Part shown: one piece after another, positions 49,488 through 60,434 of the stretch
Layout of the letters: the number at the start of each line of letters is the position of its first letter
Numbering within the stretch: the first letter of the stretch is position 1
Assembly (NCBI RefSeq): GCF_000315625.1
Contig: NW_005434487.1
Coordinates: 1 to 64,000, forward strand
Direction of reading: 5' to 3'
From: Guillardia theta CCMP2712
Taxonomy: Eukaryota > Protista > Cryptophyta
DNA length: 64,000 nucleotides
Notes under the pieces: model-generated
Database searches by the model: none
What the model saw: the letters and a program-made list of their open reading frames with translations, nothing else
Told to the model about the DNA's origin: nothing
Position numbers and translations under genes: made by a program

Positions 49488-52400
49488 TCACCTCTCCGTA
49501 AACTTGGACACCTCTCCTCGCCTCTCAGCGAGTTCACTTCGCATCTCCTTCTCGTCCGGTAGCTTCTGAGACGACTGCTGCTCGGCCTGCTGGCTCGCTG
49601 CCTTCCTCGCTGCGCGCCAGAACGAGCCGTTGGGGAAGAGGTCGATCTTGTCGTTGTGCAGGTGAGCTGCAGCAGCTTGGATGGGCAGGCTGAAGCCCAT
49701 GTCATCCTCGTTCAGGAGCTTGCGGAACAGGTAGAGGTAGTTCCACACGTACTTGCCTCCCTCCCTCTTCTCCCACTCTCCGGGAAAGTCGTGGAACTTG
49801 AACTCCTCGGTCCCCGAGATGAAGCAGCGGGACTTGAGGTAGCTCGCCGTCGAGTTCCTCGCCTTCCTGATCTTGCGGAAGGCGTCGATGATCTGGCCGG
49901 TGACGACGGGCTGGAGGAGGAAGGACCAGAAGATGATGGAGGAGGTGATGAAGAGAGTCCGGGCCGCGTCCCACAAGTTGCTGTAGAGGATGAGGGCAGG
50001 GAAGGACCAGGCGCTGCCTGACCCGATGACTGTTCTCAGATCTCCTCCGAAGGAGTCGATGACGAACTTTGACACGCACTGGAAGGGCGAGTGACAGCTC
50101 TCCCGCGCCTGAACCGCGATATTGGACAGGTAGGTGTATCCCAGGAAGCCGTAGACGGCAAGGAAGATCAGCCCCACGGCGAAGGAGCGGAGCAGCGCCG
50201 GCCCTCCCACCACGATGGACCTTGTGACCATCTTGCCTCCTGGCTGCTGGAAGTAGTCGAGCATGCAGAAGACCTGGAACAAGGGGGAGGAGATGACGCC
50301 GAGGAGCGACATGGTCGTCAGCAACGTCACGTACCACAGCTTGTAGCTGTGCTTCAGCATGCGCAGAGGTAGCCATGCTCCTGTCGACTCCTTCTTGACC
50401 CGCGGAAGGGCAGGCATGCTCATGAGGTACTTGCGGCCGTTGAAACGGCTGACCTGACTGGACGTTGACTCTTCCTGGTGCTCTTTCTTCTTCTTCCTCT
50501 GCTTCCTCTTCTCCTCCTCCAAGAACGACATCCACTCGACGGGGAACTCCAGCACGAGGTAGGACAGAGCTTGCACGAGAGTGAGAGCGAGGTGCAGGCA
50601 GCACAGCATCAACGTCACTTGCTTGCCCTCGGGCCACAGCTGCCACTCCTCCAAGCTGGTCCAGCGGCTGCTCAGGTGGAGGCGATACTTGAGGGAGAGG
50701 TCGGACTGCTTGATGACGTAGCTCATGGTTGTCGCCTGCCCCGGGTTGGAGGTCAGCTGGGCGTAGGGGTAGGGGGCGTCGCTGTAGCCAGCTGGAGGTT
50801 TGCTGGAGTAGAATCTGCCGCCTGCGAGGACAGCGTGCGAGTTGGGGTCAATGGGGATGCCGTAGATGACGAGGAGTAGGCAGCTGATAAGGATGGAGAG
50901 GAAGAGAGTTGACTTGTTGACCCAGCGCTGGAGGTAGAGGAACTGATCCATGTTGTGCTTGCTGCCGAAGACCTCAAACCAGAGGATCTTGTTGTTCAAG
51001 GAGCGGAGGCCTGTCATGAGCAGAGAGAACTTGGTGTAGCGCTCGTTGGTGGGGATGGAGCCGATCATTTCGAGCATGTTGTCCTGGAGGTGCGAGTTGT
51101 GCGACATCTTCCTCAGCCGCGGGTCAAGGATGAACAAGATCCTCTCAAGGCGCACTTGACCGCTGCTGCCCTCCTTCCTCTCCAGCTCCACCTCAGACGT
51201 GTGCTTGCGGAGGTGCTTGAAGGTCTGCGGCGCCTCCTGCTCGAATCGGTTGAGGAGTTTGACGCTCTCCTGCGAGACGTCGAGGTCTTTGAAGTAGGTG
51301 AGGAAGTGGAACTGGCGGAACAACTCCATGCGGAGGAGGAGGGAGAAGGAGGGGGAGAGCGTGAGCCCAGTCGTCTTCATCTTTCGCTTCTTGAGCTTGG
51401 AGAAGAAAGAGGAGGAAGTCTTGCTGTCGAACCTCAGCAGTGAACCGATCTCGATCAGGTTGTCGACTATCATTCCCCACTCGAAGCATTTGTACATCAC
51501 TCGAGCTGCAGTGAGATCCCAGGACGTTTCGAGGATCGCGTTCAAGCTCTCGATGACTGCGATGCGAAGACACGAGTGAAGGTCTTGAAGGTTCACCCTC
51601 GTCTCCTCCTCCTCCTTCTCTGCCTTCTTCTTCTTGTACTTCACGGGCGGTTGGTAGTGATCGTACAGACACGCGTCGTAGGAAACCCCATCGTCAGTGA
51701 TCAGCTTCAGCAGGAAGATTCTGTTGCAAGTGATGAAGAAGTTGCTTCTGCACAAGAGTTTCAAGTTGACCGCGTTGGGTCCCTTCACCATCTCGGAGAT
51801 CGTCTCCACCAGCTGGAGGCTCAGACTGTGCAGGTCCACTTCGAGATTCTCCAGCTTGACCTCGAGGAACGGCTGAGCTGCTTCCAGCAGGTCAACGCAG
51901 TCCTGCAGCAGGTCGACAGACTGCTCGGCATGCGCTTGCTCGCACATGATGAGCTGCATCTGCACCATCGGGCCCACACAGAGCATGTGCAGCAGGCGAG
52001 CAAAGAGCGTTGCCTGCCGGCAGGTCCTGCTGAAGACTTTGACCTTGGACTGCTTCATGGCGCTGTCAAGCAGGGACTTGTAGCCCTCCACCAGCGAGAT
52101 CGTCGACCTGAGCTGCACGTGCAGGCAGCCCAAGAGCTTGTTCTCGCGGTCCTGCAGCAGGAAGTGATGTACGCTCTCCTGGCACCTTCTGTTGTTGTGG
52201 AGGAGGAGGAGGAGAATCTTTACAGCTGATGTCTGCACGTCGAGCCCTCCCTTGGGGATGAGCAGCAGGCAGGAGGTGATAAGGCCGCAGGCGTCGAGCT
52301 TGTTCTGAATCCAAGAGATGACAAGAGGATGCGAGGGGTAGCACCTGCCGGGAGGTCAGAGCAGCGATCGGACGGCAAGGGAATGAAACAACTTACTTGG

Positions 52401-55400
52401 ACAAGAGCTCGTCCTTGTCGAAGATCTTGCATCGTTCTCGTAGGAAGGGGAGAGGGGGAGCCTCTTCGCTCTTCTCATTCACCAGGTACATGCTCATTCT
52501 GAGAGTGTCTAACATCTCTCGGAGTTTTTCTTCTTCCTCCTCTGTCTCCCCATCCCTCTCCTTCTTCTCTGCTCTTCGGCAGACGGAGATCAGGTAGTGC
52601 TCTAGAGGAAGTGAGGCGGACGAGGTGCTGGAGTCAAACTTGTGGTAGGCGATGAGGGCGGAGAGGTTGAGGCTCTCGAGCTCCCTGTCCACCAGCTTGA
52701 CAAACGTCATGCTGAAAGCTCTCCAGCTGGCGCGGAGGCTGAGCTGGGCGACGTTGTAATGATCTGAACAGGTTCTGCTCTCGTCTGCTTGGCAAGTCTC
52801 GACCGTCTCGACGGCCTGCGGCTCATCACGTCCAGCAGCTTCGAGGAAGAGTTTGACGCGCTTCTCGCACGCGTCAACGAGCTGTCGCCTCCTCTCAACG
52901 ACTCGCTGCGAGCTGTGGATGTCAATCCTGCCGTACCATCCCGCCCTCTTTATCTCCCTGATGGCTTGCAGCACAGCCTCCGCCCTCACCACCAGCCCCT
53001 CCACCAAGTCGGCGACCGACACGACTGAGTAATGAGAGAAACACAAGGAGAGTAGAGGGACTAGCGTTTCGAACAGACAGTCAACCTGGTCCACAATCTC
53101 ACCTTCTCCCATCATCCTCCAAGACTGAGTCAAGAACTTTGCTTGCAGCCTCTTCACTATCTTCATGATCGCATCGACAACTTCCAAGCTTTCTGTATCT
53201 TTGCAGGTCCAACTCTCCGTCATTGATGTCTCAGCATGGGAGATTGTGTCTCGAGTCTGAATTTCCTTCTTCATGTAAATTGCCTTCATCAACCGCGCAA
53301 GCAGCATATTCCTTGCATTCATCTCCTCCCTCCCCTTCCTCTCCTCCTTCTCCTCCTTCTTCCCGTTTGTACCTCCATTCATACCCCCGTTGGTACCCCC
53401 GTTCACCTCTACCTCCTCTACCTCCTCTCTCCCCTTCTTGCCGTTCATACCACCATTATTCTTCAACTCCGTCATTTCCTCTTCCCCCTCGCTAACCCAT
53501 TCCTCGCTCCTGTTCAGCTCCTCCTCTCTTCCCTCCTTCAGCCCGCGCATGATAAAACTCCACGGCAGGAGTTTCTTCATATCGAACATCCATTGCATCT
53601 GAACACAATCGCTGATGGTCGCAAACAGATCGCAGAGAGCTGTTGCTGCCTCCTCCTCCTCCTCCTCCTTTCCTTCTTTCTCCTTCTTCCCGTTCCTGCT
53701 GCCCCATACCGTCCTGGCTGTGAAGGAGGAGAGGATCACTCTGACAAGCTCGAACTTTCTCTGCAGGAGGTTGGCGATACGGAAAACGTTCTCGAGGAAG
53801 GGCTCGTCATTCAGTTTGCAAATCCTCTTGAGCAGCAGGCAGCAATGCGCCACGTTCTCATGGATAAACATCTGGTCCACTCGCTCCACCCACTCCCTGC
53901 TGCTCCTCTCCATGATCCCAAAGTTCCCCTCCGCCACCCGCGGAAGTAGCTGGGCGGCTGCTGGGCATCGCACGCCGAAGAAGCTCCAGAAGATGCTGAT
54001 GTGGCAGAGGAGGAAACTCTGAAGCTGCTGGTTGGAGCGGCACATCATGCCCAGCAGGTCCATGACGGTGCTGATCAGGTCGGCCTCCTCCCTCCTCCCT
54101 CCTCGGAACGACGGCCACAGCAGCTTGAGCAGCATGACAAAGCTCCTCTCCACCCGTAGCTCACAGAGAATCCTCTGAGCCTCCTGGTACATGTTGGAAT
54201 CCAGCTGGTGAGCGTCGCTGAGGGAGGTCAGGAGCTGGACGAGCTGGCGGGTGAGGGACGCGAGCTCGAGCATGGCGTCTTGCACCTCCTTCAGCTCCCA
54301 GTCCATCATGGCAGTCTCAAGGAAGAAAGTGAGTCGGCTGATGCTCCTGGCGATCTTGTGGAGCTCGAAGAAGGAGGACTTGAGATCGTCTCTAGCCACG
54401 AGGTTGAGGCGCTTGAGGGCGAGCATGAGGCTCGAGGGCTGGTGGTTGACTGCCAGGATGAGCGAGAGAGTCTTGTCGACAACCTCTAGGTTGGCGCAGG
54501 TGAGGAGAGAGAAGACGGTGGAGAGGAAAGGGCTCTCCTCGTGAGACGAGATCCAGTCGATCTTGGTCCATGAGAGCTCATGCAACAGCAGCGAGTTGGT
54601 CTTCATCTCTGACAGAAAGCCAGCCGTCTCCTCCTCCTCCTCCCATGGGTTCAACTGGGACCAGAGCTGGTGATCCGACAGGTAGTCCTCTATCGTCAAG
54701 CGATTATCTCCCTCTTCCTCCTCTCGCTTTGTTGACGTCATCTCCTCCTCTTCTTCTGTCTTGCTCTCAACCACTTCATGTATTTCTGCTGCATCCATCT
54801 TCCCCAGTTTCTCCCTCCTCTCAGCTGACGCCCTACTCTTCTCCACGAGCTCCTCCAACGTCGAGCACTGGAAGCGATCAAAAAGCGACTTGTGCCAGAA
54901 GTTGACCATGGCCTCAGTCTTGAACCTGAGGTCAATTCGGAGAGCATCTTGAAAGAAATCCACGATCTTGAGGATCAATTCGAACAATCTCGCTTGTGTC
55001 TTCATCTCCCTTTTCGTTTCAACCTTGCTCTCCTTGGCCTTCTCCTTCTCCTTCTCCTTCTCCTTCTCCTTCTCCCTTTTTGCCTTCTTTTCCTTGTCCT
55101 TAATTTTTGAATTGTCTGACGTTCTTCCGGCGATATCGGACTTCTTGTCTTGGCTTGCTGCTCTGACCCCGTGCAGTTTCTCGTCACTGAGGAAGCGGAG
55201 GAGGTGAAATACAGCAGCACAGAGCGCGGAGAGCTCGGGGAAGGAGGGGCTGCCCCGCCAGCTCTCCTGCTCTCGATCGCTGAACTCTCCCAGGTGGAGG
55301 AGGCGGCTGGCGGCATCCATGATGGAGGAGAGGAACATCAAGTCTGCGTCTCCTTCGATGCTCTCCCTCGAGCTCGACGCCGCCTCCAGCTCCCGCAAAC

Positions 55401-57789
55401 AGCATTTTCTCAGCTCGTATAAGGGTCCACTGGCCCTTGCTGGCCTTCTGCTGGCCTCACATGGCGGGGGCCAAGTCTGGGTCATCCTCTGCGAGCGATC
55501 GAAGAGCTGCGGGTCAGGGTCGACGTGCAGGGCGAGCAGGAGGGAGCACGCGTGCGACCGCAGCGACTTTGGCAGCCTCTGGTTGTTCAGCAGCTCAACG
55601 AGCTGAGAGAAGGAGAAGCCCAGCTGATGGGGAAGAGCTCGGAGTTTGCGGATGGAGATAGAGTTGGAGCCGAAGCACACGTTGTCGAGAAGCTTCATCA
55701 TCGCAAGCTGAAAGAGCATCAGCCTGACGCCTGGCACCTCCCGCGCCTGCTTGCTGACTGAAGAAAGATCGACGATGTTATGCTGGCTGCACGTGAGGAG
55801 CACTGATACTGAGAGGTTGCCGACCCGGTCGAAGAGGATGAGGTCGGAGTCAGTGACGAACATATCGCAGAAAATTTTCTCATCCTGCAGCAGCAGATTC
55901 ATCACGTTGTTCTGGTTCTGCACCACGGGAAGGTCGTCAGACTTGCACAAGCTTGAGAGGAACGTCAGGATCGAGTCGTCGCGCTTGAGGATGAGGTCGG
56001 GCAGGAGCTTATAGATCATCTCCTGACCCAGCAGCTTGAGCGATTTGTTGGATCGGTTGCACACGTTGAGGAATAGGAGCAGCGATCCGACTCTCCCTGG
56101 AAAGTGATCCAGCATCATCGGCGCAAACTCCGCTACCCTCTCCTGGTTCGTGGCGTTCTTGTGGCACAACACGCCCAGCTGAAGGTACAAGTTCCGAGCG
56201 GCTGCGTGTAACGCAGGCGAGTTTGTGCGGAGTTGCTCCAAGGGAAAGTTCAAGTTCGACAGAATGGCATCAAGCAGCTGGCATATCAGCTGGAGGAGAC
56301 CGAGATCGTCACAGATCCTCTGCTTCTGCAAGAGGTCGTTGCTGACGTGGTTTGACAGGTGGGCGTGTTGACCGAGATGAAGATCGAGAGCCTCCATGAG
56401 TCGCCGCAGATGCCGCAAGAAGGTCGGCGAGTCCCTGGCGCCACGGAAGACGCTCTCGTCCATGCCCCGCAGTCGCTGCAGATGCTTCACCGTGACCTCC
56501 AACTTGCGCTGGTAGGACACCAAGGTATCCGCTACAAGGCACTGGTGATGCGGCACCACCTCAATGATGGCGAGGTCGTTGATGTCTGGAGCCTCGTGTC
56601 GTCGTAACAAGGCTTGATGGAGAGCAAACGTTGTCTTCCTTCTGAACACATCCAGTCGCTTCAAGGACAACCAGCTCACCTCTAGGTTGTCTTCCCTCTT
56701 GAGGAGAAGCCAGCTCAAGCCTCCATCTGCTACTCTACTTCCGCTCCTCCTCCTCCTCTGCTCCACTGCTCCCCTCAGCCTCCAGATAATCTCGAAGTCC
56801 TTGAGCTTCTTGGTCAGGACGAGCTTGTCCCCATTCGCCCCTAGCAGCATATCGCTCTGAACATGGTGGAGCAGAAACCCCGTCGGCTCCTCCACGTCTT
56901 CAGCACATCCCATCAGGTTATACGGGACGATGCGCCAGATCGCAGAGATGCAGACTTCACCGGAGGCGGAGGGAGCTCCTTCCTGCTGCTTCCTCCACCT
57001 CGCGCTCTTAGCTGACTCGTCGCCGATCAACAGCATCTTGTCTCTTCTCCGGTAAAAGTACACGCAGTCCAGCCCCCTCACATTCTTCACGTTCACCTCG
57101 AACATCAGCTCCTTCTCTGCGTCATGAGAAGCGCTTACGTTCATTCCTCTCACCACCTTGACCTGAAACACTGACAGAGTATTGGCACCGAACAGTTCGG
57201 GCCCTTCGGGGGCAGTGAAACCGTCCTGATCCGAGCTCTCAACGGCGTCAAGAGAGACATTGAGGAACATGGAGTTGTACTCCACGTTCTCCAAGATGAT
57301 CATGTCCTGATTGCATACCAGCTCCCCCTCTACTTTGGTCCCCATGGCGGGAAGAATCCTCCAACTCGATAGAACATTTCTGCGAGCGAGCTCTACCTTC
57401 ATCGCGATGTGCTCCTTGCTTGCGAGGTCCGTCTTGAGCGAGAGGTAGAACTTGGTAGAAGCATGTCTGAGTTGGATCAGCGAGCCAAACCGTATCGCAG
57501 TTGCTGATCGAGAAACAGGACGAGCACTCTGCCGCGTTCCCTGCTGCATTTTGTCCTCAAAGTGGTCAGGCTTGGCTGACTCAGCTACCGCAAGCTCATC
57601 GTCGTCATGTTGGACTATCTCGAATGCGCAAGAGAAGGTAGAGGAGGGATTGTAGTCGGGAAATTGAGCTGGACAACTCAAGACCTCAAGGCTTACAAGA
57701 TCAGCTTTCACATATTCCCCTCGATCTGACGCCTCTAGGAAGATCAGATCGCCGGTCACGAGAAACCTTCTGGTTTCCTCCTCCTGCAT
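49488..57789 (-). CDS. Inositol 1,4,5-trisphosphate/ryanodine receptor-like Ca2+ channel (~2,750 aa), one 52-nt intron 52345-52396
   Basis: FLVTGDLIFL and IRFGSLIQLRH beta-trefoil/MIR motifs, RIH-like NQERVA and PVVQNQ, ETISEMVKGPNAVN, EVELER...LERILF, six-TM region, GQIIDAF gate, CFISG...WNYLYLF; ATG may be 57789 or 57900. Confidence 0.9.
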
Positions 57790-58439
57790 CTGCAACAAGC
57801 AACGAAGGTTCAGAACAAGGTGCCTGATGCTATCTGGCTGCATCTTGTCAGAGAAATGACTCACAGTCTTGTCGCTAGATCCAGTTCGTCTGACAAGCAT
57901 GCACTGTTCCAATCATCCTACTTTCTTCCCTGTGACTCATTCCTCTCAGGACCTGTCCTTGCTTTTATCACCCTTCCCCTCTTTAAATGATATACGTCAA
58001 GTCTTGTCCTCTATCAGCAACACATGTCATTCCTCATTCTCACTCATTCCCTCCATCTTCTAACAGCGCTTTCCTCTTGCCCCCCGCCCCCCCCTTCCCA
58101 AAACAATTATCTCCTTATCCTCCTTCCCACATTCCCAGGCGCTCTTTGTAAATTATTTTCGTTCACTCTCACTCGAGGTAGATTCTCTGGCTCTATTTCG
58201 ATTCTCTGACTCTATTTCGACCTTCACTTCGCTTCTACTTTCCAATCCTTCTCACTTCCTTGTTCACTTTCTCCTCCCCTCCTCCCATTCTTGACTCAAG
58301 TCAAACATCTTTTGTCCTCCTCCTATCTTCCCCGAGCTTTTCATCTGTCTCTCCTTGCCTTCTCCTTCTCCTCTCGCTCCCGATCCCCTTCCTCTCCACT
58401 CGCTCTCTCCCTCCGTAAAAGCATTTTGCCCGAAAGGAA

Positions 58440-58680
58440 CTCGTTCACCACCCACCCATTTCCTAATTCCCACACCCCCTCCCTCATATCCCATCGAGCA
58501 CACACCCCTTCTTTTGACTCACAGATTCTAGTACCCGTGCAGGTCAAGACCACCCACCCCCTTGATTTCTATTCCCCACATTCTGGGGAGCAGGTCTCTA
58601 TTACCGAATACTTCAAATTTGAGTAATAATTCACTCAATTTTGACTCACGGTACTTCAGGCCGAAATGTGGAATTCAGAG
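58440..58680. promoter_or_regulatory. Divergent intergenic cassette 5: CACCC/ACCCC array, short AT-rich block, two TTTTGACTCAC sites
   Basis: TGACTCA at 58515 and 58642 (also 58292); pyrimidine tract left, purine tract right. Confidence 0.45.
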
Positions 58681-58747
58681 CTGCGATCACCGACGAACAT
58701 CAGAGGAAGAGGAGAGGAGGAAGAGGAGAGGAGGAAGACGAGGAGGG

Positions 58748-58930
58748 GTAGGGTTATCTGAGTAGCAGCAGGAGGAGGGGCGGGGTTATCTGAGTGTTTG
58801 TGTGGTAGCAGGAGGAGGATCTTAGTAGCAGGAGGAGGAGGGGCAGGGTTATCTGAGTGTTTGTGTGGTAGCAGGAGGAGGATCTTAGTAGCAGGAGGAG
58901 GAGGGGCAGGGATATCTTAGTAGCAGGAGG
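58748..58930. repeat. Nested tandem repeat (GGTTATCTGAGT / TAGCAGGAGGAGG units)
   Basis: Direct reading. Confidence 0.8.
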
Positions 58931-59054
58931 GCAAGGGAACAGAAGGGAGTTAAAGAGACAGAAAGCTCGCCTTGCGCAAGGCCACGTTCGTGTTTGATTT
59001 CTTATTGCTTACATGCCTTGCAGCCGCTTTGATGTTTTGAGACGTTGGAGCCCC

Positions 59055-60214
59055 ATGAGCCTGCTGTCGATCGTGGATGGTCTAGAGAGAGCTTCCTCCA
59101 GCCTGTCAGCGTTGCGAGATCATTGCAAGGATGGCAAGACCTCCTCGACGTCATTTTCTTGCTTTGCAGATGCTCTAGAAGTTTTGCTTCAATGTGTTGA
59201 GCTGGGTCTGAGCAAGACTGTGACAGACTCATGTGAACGAACACACACCAATCAAGTCATTGTCTCCTTGGAGAAGAGAATCTCTTGTTTGCAACAGGAT
59301 TACAACCACCGCAAACAAATGGTTTGTGTCTTGTTGGAGGACGCAAAACAGGCAAAGACAGACCTTTCTGAGCTCGTAGCAACCTTCAATGTCAAACGGC
59401 TCGAAGATCCTATTCAAAGAGCTTCCAACCTCGATGAATCTTTTGTATCTTCCCATCCAACGCAACGCAAAATAAACAGAGTTAGGTCGAGAGAAAGCAT
59501 GACGGAAGAGGATGATAGCGACTGTAGCGATTACACCATCTCAAGTCATCTTGACGAACTGGCAGACTTGCTTGACCCGCAACTTGTTAAGAGGTGAACA
59601 CAGTCCAGAGTAGGAGCAGATGATTGTACTGATGGACTTGGCAGGATATCGTCTCCCTGGAGAACCCCTGATAGTCGAGAAGCTAAGGTTAATGTAGGCG
59701 ATCCGTGAGTTGAACGCTGATGAGAGACAGGCACGCCCCCCAGAAGTTCCTCAGCTCGTCATCCAAGAGCAGGGAGAGAGGATCCACCCCAAGCCCTTCA
59801 TTCCCCTCCTCGGGTTTGCTTCATCCTCATGCTTAATCTTGGTCGCTCAACGCCCTCAGGCCTCTTCTCAACTTCGGACAGTGGGGCATCGTGATGCGAT
59901 CAGACAAGGTCTTGCATCACGCTTCACCACCATCTTCTCACCCTCATGCGCAGAGAAGGCATGCAGATCTGTCGAAAGACGGTCCAGCAAGAGGCGGCGG
60001 AGCATCAGGCAGTGCAGCAGGTGCGGGGGTCAAAGCTAGTGTGCTGGTTGTAAGACAGTCGCAAGGGGATCAGAGTCGGACGAAGCAGAGGGAGCGACTG
60101 AAGCCTCGAACAGCGGAAGAGGTCGCTGTGACTGACATGCTGCTGCTCGCTCACGAGGAGACGCAGGCGTGGAACTTGCACGTAGCGATGCGGAAGAGCT
60201 TGGAAGTGTCGTGA
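59055..60214 (+). CDS. Hypothetical protein with N-terminal coiled coil and possible C-terminal UIM; ~4 exons
   Basis: ORF 59055-~59593 plus short GT-AG introns to final exon ending EETQAWNLHVAMRKSLEVS*. Confidence 0.6.
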
Positions 60215-60299
60215 TTCTCAGCCGCAATATTTAACTTATTCTTTTAGTCTCCCTGACAACCCTGTATCCTTTCTTCTTTGCATAGCAACATCCGAGATA

Positions 60300-60417
60300 A
60301 AGCCATATACACATCTGTATGAAAACACCGAATATTCACAAGCCATACACATCTGTATGAATACACCGAATATTCATAAGCCATATACACATCTGTATGA
60401 AAACACCGAATATTTAC
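60300..60417. repeat. Three tandem ~38-40-bp repeats with internal dyad symmetry
   Basis: AGCCAT(AT)ACACATCTGTATGAA(A/T)ACACCGAATATT(C/T) x3. Confidence 0.9.
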
Positions 60418-60434
60418 ATCTTGAGTCCTCGCTG

